Source: Verrucomicrobia bacterium UBA1319 (GTDB lineage: Bacteria; Verrucomicrobiota; Verrucomicrobiia; Limisphaerales; UBA1319). From it: 25,219 bases of DNA. The position numbers and the translations under genes are program-made. Below the pieces are notes generated by a model. That model did no database searches. It was not told the origin of the DNA and was given only the letters and a program-made list of their open reading frames with translations. Where the stretch lies: contig DBTJ01000056.1 of NCBI GenBank assembly GCA_002306985.1, positions 13,894 through 39,112 on the forward strand, given 5' to 3'. Of this stretch, positions 15,862 to 22,925 are shown piece by piece. Position 1 is the stretch's first letter; each line of letters opens with the position of its first letter.

Positions 15862-16628
15862 AACCGGAAGGTTTTAGCGAAATCCTCGGCCCGGCGCTCG
15901 ATCTCCGCGCCACCCGTCAGCCGCGTGAACAGCTTCTCCAGCGTCCCGGCTTGATGCGACGCCACCAGCTCGTCCGGACGCCCATCCAGCAACAGGCGCC
16001 CCTGGTCGATAATCAGGACGCGTTCGCACACCTTTTCCACCACGTCAAGAATATGCGAGCTATACACGATCGTCTTGCCCTCGCGCGCGAGCGTTTGAAT
16101 CAAGGCCTTGAACCCCACGGCCGCGTTCGCATCCAAGCCGTCCAGGGGCTCGTCGAAGAATACCACCGGCGGGTTATGGAGCAACGCCGCGGTGATCACC
16201 ACTTTGCGCCGCATGCCCTTCGAATACGCGCCCAGCAGTTTGTCCGTGAGCGTTTCGAAACTGAGATCGAAAAACGCGAGAAACTGCCGGATGCGCTCCC
16301 GGGCCGCCGCCTCCGGAATTCCGTACAAAGCGGCCACCATCTCCAAATACTCCAGCCCGGTGAGCGACTCGTAAACGGCTCCCGAGTCCGGCACAAACCC
16401 GGTCTGACGCTTCACTTCCAAGGTGTCGGTGGCCAGATCGAACCCCGCCACCGTGGCCGTGCCGCTGGTCGGCGTAAGCATACCCGTGAGCATCTTCAGC
16501 GTGGTGGTTTTACCCGCCCCGTTCGGCCCGAGAAAACCGACGATCTGACCGGCGGGAATATCGAAGGAAAGCCCCGCCACCGCCATTTGCGCGCCAAATC
16601 GTTTCACCAAGTTTTGGAGGTGGATCAT
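15858..16628 (-). CDS. ABC transporter ATP-binding protein (ABC-2 / bacitracin-type subfamily)
   Basis: Walker A 'GPNGAGKTT', Q-loop, signature variant 'YSKGMRRKVVITAALL' (the YSxGMxQR type seen in ABC-2 exporters), Walker B 'VVFFDEPLDGLD', H-loop 'YSSHIL'. 256 aa. Confidence 0.9.
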   Translation of the reverse strand: MIHLQNLVKRFGAQMAVAGLSFDIPAGQIVGFLGPNGAGKTTTLKMLTGMLTPTSGTATVAGFDLATDTLEVKRQTGFVPDSGAVYESLTGLEYLEMVAALYGIPEAAARERIRQFLAFFDLSFETLTDKLLGAYSKGMRRKVVITAALLHNPPVVFFDEPLDGLDANAAVGFKALIQTLAREGKTIVYSSHILDVVEKVCERVLIIDQGRLLLDGRPDELVASHQAGTLEKLFTRLTGGAEIERRAEDFAKTFRL

Positions 16629-16636
16629 GTGCGACC

Positions 16637-16678
16637 CGTTTATATCCTAATCCACTCGTTTTAGCCAGAATATAAACG
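16637..16678. promoter_or_regulatory. Perfect 9-bp inverted repeat cgtttatat (16637-16645) / atataaacg (16670-16678), each half containing a TATAAA-like box, immediately upstream of the ABC ATPase start codon (16628)
   Basis: Seen directly. The proximal half (gATATAAAC, minus-strand sense) lies 8-16 nt upstream of the ATG, suggesting a promoter -10 with a palindromic operator and a very short leader. Confidence 0.4.
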
Positions 16679-16843
16679 ACATCAAAGACGTTTTTGACGC
16701 CGACGAATCCAGCAATCAAGAGATTATGCCCGCCCCGGGAAGCGTCGGGATTCTTCCAATCCCTTCACCCCCTCTTATAGGGGCGAGCATTCGAACCTGT
16801 CAGCGGCCAAGCCGCTTCGCCCGGTCACCTCCGAACCGGCGAT

Positions 16844-19354
16844 TTATTGGATACTGGTTTTCACTCCGGGAAGGAGTTTGATCTGCGCGCCTTGCCAGCG
16901 AAAGGTGCCGGTGACGCCCTCGGGCAGCGTAATTTCACCCGCGCATTTGCCGGATTGGCGATCAAAATGGAGTTTCCCTTCAATCCAGCCTTGGGGATGC
17001 GGGGCTTTCACTTCCAGCCACTCGAGTCCGCCTGGCGAAGGGGCGATTTCCAGCTCGGTAAAGCCTAGATTCATGGGGCGAAGACCGAAGAGCGACGCGC
17101 GCATGTGGAAGAGCGGATGGCTGCCCCAGGCATGGCAGTCCGAGCGGGACGGTTCGGGGGATTCCACCGGCGTTTTGAATCCGCCCTTGAGCAAATCCTG
17201 CCAAAAGCCGAACCGATCGACAATCAAGTCGCCGCGATCGAACTTTTTGAAGGTCTCAAAAAGATAGAACGAAAAGTAAACCGTGGCCCGATGCAAGTCC
17301 TTGGTTTCGATCAGCGCCTTGAAACAGGCGGCCTCCTGGTCTTTAGCCAGCACGCCATTGAGCAACGCCAGGCATTGGGCGTGTTCGCTAAAACTGGTGT
17401 GCTTGGCGTCATCCGCCAGCAGACCGCGTTGAGCGTCCCAGAAACGTTTGACAAGGGCGTCGGACAACTCGCGAGCCAGTTGGCGATTGCGGGCGGCCAT
17501 AGCAAGATCACCCACCCCCTCCTCCACTTCAGCCGCTTGGCGCAAAGCTTGGACAAAGAACAAATTGTTGATGCAGGAGATACCCTGAACCCCGTCGGGG
17601 GCGTTGCCGGTGGCCCAAGCGGGCACCCAATCGACAAACGGCCAACCAGGCAGATGCTCAATCAGGCCGCTTCCCCCGCGTAAATTGCGAAAAAGCTCCA
17701 AGACGCCCCGCATCCCCGGCAGGCATTGGCGGACGAATCGCGCGTCGCCACGCCAGAAGGCGTAATCACGCACCATGGATACCCAGATCAAGCTAAACGT
17801 GGGCGATTGCTGGGGAGTGCGGCTGGGATAATGCTCCGCTACTTGCCCCCAGATGGCGCGCGACCAATCGAAAAGCTCGATGCCGCGCTTGGGCAAACGA
17901 TCATCGCGCGTCATCAGATAGGTGGTCAGCATTTCCAGCCGGGTATCGCCGACGTACATGAGTTGCTCGTAGTAAGGGCAATCCATGTACGTTTCATGAG
18001 AACACATTTGGAGGCCGCGAACCAGGAGTGGCAGAGTGCTATTGATGCCATCATTGGAGCAGGTGAATTTGCCCTCGTCCTCCAGCGGATAACGGCATTC
18101 CAACAGGCTGAATCCATCGAGTCGCAAGGGCTCCGACTCGGTGTGAACGGTCAGCCGGAGATAACGCCCGGCGCGCCACCACCAGGTGCGAAATTCGGCG
18201 GCTTCAGCGCTGGCGCCCTGGGGCAGGAAAGTGTCTTCGACACCGTGAAAGATTTTGCCTTCAATATCGTTCCGGTTGCCTTTGTTCGAAGTGGGCTTGC
18301 CCTGGGCATCGAGCAAATAGAGCGATTCCGCCCAGGCCAGCGTGACTTGGGCATCCTTGCCGAAGGCCATTTTGAATTGGGGGTACGCCACGAAGTAGTT
18401 TCCCAAATCCACGAGCACGGTAACGGTGTTAGAAGCCGGAATCGTGACGGAACCTTTGCCCTGCGTCAAAAGCGCGCTCCAGGGGGCGGCAACCGGGGCG
18501 GCAGCCAAGGCTAAGTGCTGAGCAGTAACGGGTTTTGCGTCGCTTAGCCCGCCCGGAATAATGGCGCGCACGGCGCCGGCATTCAGAACGGTGAGTTTCT
18601 GTTCCGGCAAAGGCGATGGCATGAGCCTCCAACCCGCGCGCATCAGACCATATTCGTTGCTATCGAGCGGCGGCATGACGACCGCCGGGACCACCCATGC
18701 CTGGGAGACATTCAGCGTCTTGCCACGCTGGGTTTGCTGGGCGCCGGTGAAATTGGGCGGCGGCCCTGGGGTGAAGGACCACCCGTCCACCAGGGCGGCC
18801 TTCCAGCCGCTTTTGTCTCCGGTGTTGAGAGAGGCGGACAGCGGCCCTTCGGCCGCGAAAATAAACCCGCCCCGGTGGGTAATCTGCGCGCAGGGGGCGT
18901 GATCGCCAATCCAGGCGGCCAGAGCCTCCAACGTGTGGGCGCCCGGCGCCAGTTTCAGACGGTAGGAGGCAAAGCTCCAGTGCATTAAATCGCCCCGATC
19001 CGGCCCCAAAGAGATTCGCCGGCCATCCAAGCTGAGCTCGTAACGCTGGTCCGCGCTAACGTGGATGGTGGTTTCGGTTTCCTTATCCACGGAAAATTGG
19101 TTCCGGAACAAAACGATGGCTTGCGCGCCTACCGCCGCGGCGGGGTGCCAAATCCAGGCGGCCTTTTCGATTTCGTAAAGGCGATAAATATTCCCGTTCA
19201 TTTCCGGTTGGACGCGCTCCACGTTGACACGCTGGACAGCGCTGACCGCCTCCGCCGCCACTAAACTGGTGGCGCCGAGCATTAAGGCGGCGGCCAGCGC
19301 CACCCGCCGGGCGACGGTGGATATTCGGATATAAGTTCCCATACCTGTTTTCAT
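16844..19354 (-). CDS. Secreted six-hairpin glycoside hydrolase, alpha-L-rhamnosidase-like (GH78-like)
   Basis: The track ORF is 16844..19513. I prefer the start at M 19354 (MKTGMGTYIRISTVARRVALAAALMLGATSLVAAEA, a signal peptide) with TTTAAATATAAG immediately upstream. A beta-rich N-terminal 400 aa is followed by an (alpha/alpha)6-like region containing 'MDCPYYEQLMYVGDTRLE' (compare the GH78 'DCPxRErxGWxGD' segment as recalled). A C-terminal beta-sandwich follows with 'GEITLPEGVTGTFRW', typical of Bac_rhamnosid_C-like tails. Confidence 0.5.
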   Translation of the reverse strand: MKTGMGTYIRISTVARRVALAAALMLGATSLVAAEAVSAVQRVNVERVQPEMNGNIYRLYEIEKAAWIWHPAAAVGAQAIVLFRNQFSVDKETETTIHVSADQRYELSLDGRRISLGPDRGDLMHWSFASYRLKLAPGAHTLEALAAWIGDHAPCAQITHRGGFIFAAEGPLSASLNTGDKSGWKAALVDGWSFTPGPPPNFTGAQQTQRGKTLNVSQAWVVPAVVMPPLDSNEYGLMRAGWRLMPSPLPEQKLTVLNAGAVRAIIPGGLSDAKPVTAQHLALAAAPVAAPWSALLTQGKGSVTIPASNTVTVLVDLGNYFVAYPQFKMAFGKDAQVTLAWAESLYLLDAQGKPTSNKGNRNDIEGKIFHGVEDTFLPQGASAEAAEFRTWWWRAGRYLRLTVHTESEPLRLDGFSLLECRYPLEDEGKFTCSNDGINSTLPLLVRGLQMCSHETYMDCPYYEQLMYVGDTRLEMLTTYLMTRDDRLPKRGIELFDWSRAIWGQVAEHYPSRTPQQSPTFSLIWVSMVRDYAFWRGDARFVRQCLPGMRGVLELFRNLRGGSGLIEHLPGWPFVDWVPAWATGNAPDGVQGISCINNLFFVQALRQAAEVEEGVGDLAMAARNRQLARELSDALVKRFWDAQRGLLADDAKHTSFSEHAQCLALLNGVLAKDQEAACFKALIETKDLHRATVYFSFYLFETFKKFDRGDLIVDRFGFWQDLLKGGFKTPVESPEPSRSDCHAWGSHPLFHMRASLFGLRPMNLGFTELEIAPSPGGLEWLEVKAPHPQGWIEGKLHFDRQSGKCAGEITLPEGVTGTFRWQGAQIKLLPGVKTSIQ

Positions 19355-19579
19355 GGCGCTTATATTTAAAGGAGCGGCCTCCGGTTTGAAATAGAATTTT
19401 ACCACTAGAAGAACTGCCGCAAACCGATCCGGACCGATGCAAAGGCTCCCACAACCCTGGATCAGGAAACGGCCGGCGAGTGGAGGGTCTCTCAAAGGGT
19501 CAGCGGGCGGCATAATAAATGCTCAATTCACACTTCAACACTTTGCGGATGCTGGTGAAAATGGTAGGGATGTAAAAAC

Positions 19580-22500
19580 ATGAAAAGGTGGTTCTACCTG
19601 GGGGGGATGGTCGCATATTTTGCGCTAGCGGGTTGGGCTCTTCGCGCGCAAGACCCGCTTGTCATTGATGGAGTCGCCGACCAACAAGTGGCCGCCGATG
19701 CCATCGCTTTTCGCGTTCCGGCCGCCGCCGGTTACACCTACACCATCTCACTGGATGGCCAGCGCGTGCCCACCGATGTCACGGTGAACGTCACCAATGT
19801 GAATTACCATGAGTTGCTCGCCGCGCGCGTCAACCTGGACACCGGAGCCACCACCAACCGGCTAATCCGGTTCATCATCCGGTCCTCCGAGCGGCGGAAT
19901 AGCGAATGGGGTCTCTCGCCTTGGGTACCCTATCCCGTGGTCAACGCGACCGCCGGCGAACTCGCGGGTGCCCACCTGCGGCTGCTGGCCCCCAAAGAAT
20001 ATCCTTTAGGTTTGGAAATCCCCGTGGTCGCGTGGATCGAAAACCCGGAGGGCAATCCCGTCCGCGCCAATGCGCAGATGCGGGCCAGCGGCTATCCCAC
20101 TATTCAATTACGGCGTGGCGCCGGCGCCGGTCTGCTTCCGGCCACCCAACCGGCGGGCGCCTTAAATTACGCTCCGTCATTGCCTGGCGTGACCGCGAAC
20201 CCGTCTATCAACCTCGAAAGTAATACCATCTGGACCTATGTCGGCGGTTTGCTTGATGGAGCGATCACCTGGCCCGCCAACTCCCGCATCGCCGTGACCA
20301 ACCACCTCGCCTTGACGGCTGGCGGCACCCTCACCATTGGCGAAGGCACGATTGTCCGGCTAAACAGCGGGGTTAACCTCACCAACGACGGCGCTTGGAC
20401 TATTAATGGCTCGGAAGCACGACCCGTGGTGTTCACCCCGGTAAATCGCGCGCACCCCTGGGGTGGCTTTTTCATGAAGCACAGCGGCGGCTCCCTCGTG
20501 GCCAACGGCACGATTTTTATCGCCAGCGGCGCGGACCCCAAGGGCGGCGCCGGGCACAAACCGCAACAGTGTCTTTTTTACATCGATGAGCGGCCGCGAC
20601 TGGCGCTGACCAATTGCGCGGCGATCGATCTGGCGGGCCAATTCGGACACGTCGCCTCCGGCATGACAAACGCCTCCGACACCGCCTGGACCGAAGTTAA
20701 TATCGTCCACACCTTGGTGCAGCGCTGTGTCACGGGCGGGGAATGGACCTGTTGCAAATTGAAACTGCTCCACTCCGCGATTTTGGAAGTGCCGTATGCG
20801 ACCTCCCAATTCGCGGACGATGACGAGGACGGCATCTATTTCACCAGCGGCGAATACGAGGTGCGCGATAGCGTCATTGGCTGGACCCGCGATGACGGCA
20901 TCGACGCCGGTAGCGGCTACGGCGGCTCGGTAGTCGTGAGCAATACCTGGATTGAAGCAACCTTCCATGAGGCTTGCGCCTGGTCCGGCGGCGGCGGCGC
21001 GTCCGGCACCCGGCGCACCATCAACAGCCATTGCGTGGCGATGAATTGCGGCCAGGGATACGAATGCGGCTGGAGCGCCGGAACCGCGTATTCACCGGCG
21101 GACGACGTAAATAATTGCCTAGCCATTGGCAACGGGATCGGCGCTCGGTTCGGGGATAATTATAATTGGAGCTATTACGGATTTCTGCGCGTCTCGGACT
21201 CCATCCTCCTCAATAATAACCGCGATGTCTGGGGATACAACTGGCAAGCGGATGCCGGGGGCTGGAGCTATCGCTCCGCGTATATGGACATCCAAAATAA
21301 TTTTCTAACTCGCCCTAATGCTTATCATCCGAACAATACCCTTTGGAACCCGGCCACGGATGGCTGGCGGCTGGCCGATTACACCACCACCCCGCCGGAT
21401 GCGCCGGTGGGTGTGGCTTTTGTCACCTGGACCAATCAACTCGACCTGGCCGAGATCTACCAAGGCATTCCAGTGGGCTTAAGCTGTTTTACGCCCCACT
21501 TTGTGAGCGTGAATTATGCGTTTGCGGACCCCCATGGCGTGCTTTCCAGCGGAACCTTGGAGTTCGCTCCGGGCGAGACGGTGAAGCGCATTTACCCAGC
21601 CAACTTCAGTACGGTGGACAAAACGTTCATAACCGTCACCTTGAGCCAGCCGGTGCAAAGTGAACTCACGGGCGAATCCCAAGTCACTTTCCAAGGTAGC
21701 ATGCCCGCGCCGCGGATTTCGTTTTGGTCGGACAGCGCCTCGCTGGACCGGGCGCGAGCGGCCGAAGGCGTGGCGTTAGTCTTGAGCGCGCCTGCGGCGG
21801 AATCGGTGACGGTCGAATGCGCCTGGGAAGTTTCTGAAAAAGTCCTAACCAACATCACGGTCACGTTCCTGCCGGGGCAAACCCTTCAGTGGGTGTCCGC
21901 GCCCGAATTGAGCGGCGTGGATCAACCCTTGGTCCGTCTCACCTTAAGTCATCCCACGGCGGCGCTTTTGGACGCCAAAGGCCATTTTTATTGGGTGCCA
22001 ACCCGCGCAACCCCCACGAATCGGATACTGCTGAATAAAGGGGCATCCTGGAAATACAATGACGCCATCACCCAAGAAGTCGCCAACTGGTATGCCATCG
22101 ATTTTGACGATCAGGCTTGGAAGCAAGGGCCGGCGCCATTGGGATATGGTAACTCGCCGAGCGAAACCACAACCGTCGGCTATGGGCCGGATTCCAGCCA
22201 CAAACACCTTGCCACCTATTTCCGCGCCTATTTTGAAGCCACCAACGCCGCCAGCCTGTCCCGCGTCACCCTCCACCTGTTGCGCGATGATGCGGCCGTG
22301 GTTTACTTGAATGGCGCGGAGATACACCGCGAGAATCTACCCGTCGGCGCGATTCGGTTCGACACCCCGGCCAGCACGAATTTTGGGGGCACGGCCACGG
22401 CTTACGCCTCAACCGGCATTCCTATGAGTTCACTGCCCACGCCTGTGCGTGAAGGCACCAATGTGCTGGCCGTGGAGATTCATCAAAACAACGGCGGATC

Positions 22501-22738
22501 ATCCGATATCCTTTTCGATTTGGAATTAACCGGCAGTCCACAACCCGTCGAGGAAACGCAACCCATGCTCTATTGGGGAGCTTTTAATCGCACGAATCTG
22601 GTGCTGGCTTGGAGCGATCCGGCTTACCTCCTCGAGCAGGCCGAAACCGTGGCGGGTCCCTATACGAATGCGGTTCAAACCACCCCCCTAGAATGGAGTA
22701 CCACCGGCCAACAACAATACTTCCGGTTGCGAAAATAG
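19580..22738 (+). CDS. Large secreted protein: N-terminal Ig-like region, central right-handed beta-helix (pectin-lyase fold / CASH-like), a galactose-binding-like jelly roll, and a short C-terminal tail module
   Basis: 1052 aa with a signal peptide (MKRWFYLGGMVAYFALAGWALRAQD). Beta-helix-type repeats include 'TLTIGEGTIVRLNSGVNLTNDGAWTINGS' and 'DDDEDGIYFTSGEYEVRDSVIGWTRDDGIDAGSG'. The domain 'WKYNDAI...WYAIDFDDQAWKQGPAPLGYG...TYFRAYFEA...DDAAVVYLNGAEIHRENL...GTNVLAVEIHQNNGGSSDILFDLEL' resembles the GH2 N-terminal sugar-binding domain (LAVMVLRWSDGSYLEDQD) as recalled. It ends ...QQQYFRLRK. Confidence 0.6.
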   Translation: MKRWFYLGGMVAYFALAGWALRAQDPLVIDGVADQQVAADAIAFRVPAAAGYTYTISLDGQRVPTDVTVNVTNVNYHELLAARVNLDTGATTNRLIRFIIRSSERRNSEWGLSPWVPYPVVNATAGELAGAHLRLLAPKEYPLGLEIPVVAWIENPEGNPVRANAQMRASGYPTIQLRRGAGAGLLPATQPAGALNYAPSLPGVTANPSINLESNTIWTYVGGLLDGAITWPANSRIAVTNHLALTAGGTLTIGEGTIVRLNSGVNLTNDGAWTINGSEARPVVFTPVNRAHPWGGFFMKHSGGSLVANGTIFIASGADPKGGAGHKPQQCLFYIDERPRLALTNCAAIDLAGQFGHVASGMTNASDTAWTEVNIVHTLVQRCVTGGEWTCCKLKLLHSAILEVPYATSQFADDDEDGIYFTSGEYEVRDSVIGWTRDDGIDAGSGYGGSVVVSNTWIEATFHEACAWSGGGGASGTRRTINSHCVAMNCGQGYECGWSAGTAYSPADDVNNCLAIGNGIGARFGDNYNWSYYGFLRVSDSILLNNNRDVWGYNWQADAGGWSYRSAYMDIQNNFLTRPNAYHPNNTLWNPATDGWRLADYTTTPPDAPVGVAFVTWTNQLDLAEIYQGIPVGLSCFTPHFVSVNYAFADPHGVLSSGTLEFAPGETVKRIYPANFSTVDKTFITVTLSQPVQSELTGESQVTFQGSMPAPRISFWSDSASLDRARAAEGVALVLSAPAAESVTVECAWEVSEKVLTNITVTFLPGQTLQWVSAPELSGVDQPLVRLTLSHPTAALLDAKGHFYWVPTRATPTNRILLNKGASWKYNDAITQEVANWYAIDFDDQAWKQGPAPLGYGNSPSETTTVGYGPDSSHKHLATYFRAYFEATNAASLSRVTLHLLRDDAAVVYLNGAEIHRENLPVGAIRFDTPASTNFGGTATAYASTGIPMSSLPTPVREGTNVLAVEIHQNNGGSSDILFDLELTGSPQPVEETQPMLYWGAFNRTNLVLAWSDPAYLLEQAETVAGPYTNAVQTTPLEWSTTGQQQYFRLRK

Positions 22739-22860
22739 TTTACGCGTGAGACCACCGTCGGATATCTCCCACAAATCACCGGCTATACCGCCCCCGCCAA
22801 CCCCATGGTGAACCAGGCTTTCTCAAGATATTCCAGCTTGCTTCCAGGTACCTGGCAGGC

Positions 22861-22889
22861 TATAAATAATCAACCCATCAACCGGTTGA
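22861..22889 (+). promoter_or_regulatory. TATAAAT box (22861-22867) followed by a perfect 12-bp palindrome tcaaccggttga (22878-22889), upstream of the SBBP gene
   Basis: Seen directly: ggcTATAAATaatcaacccaTCAACCGGTTGAgtttttgcc. Candidate -10 plus operator. The T5 after the palindrome could alternatively make it a weak terminator for the upstream gene. Confidence 0.35.
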
Positions 22890-22925
22890 GTTTTTGCCAT
22901 TGCCGCGCGCATTGGCGAATCGGCG

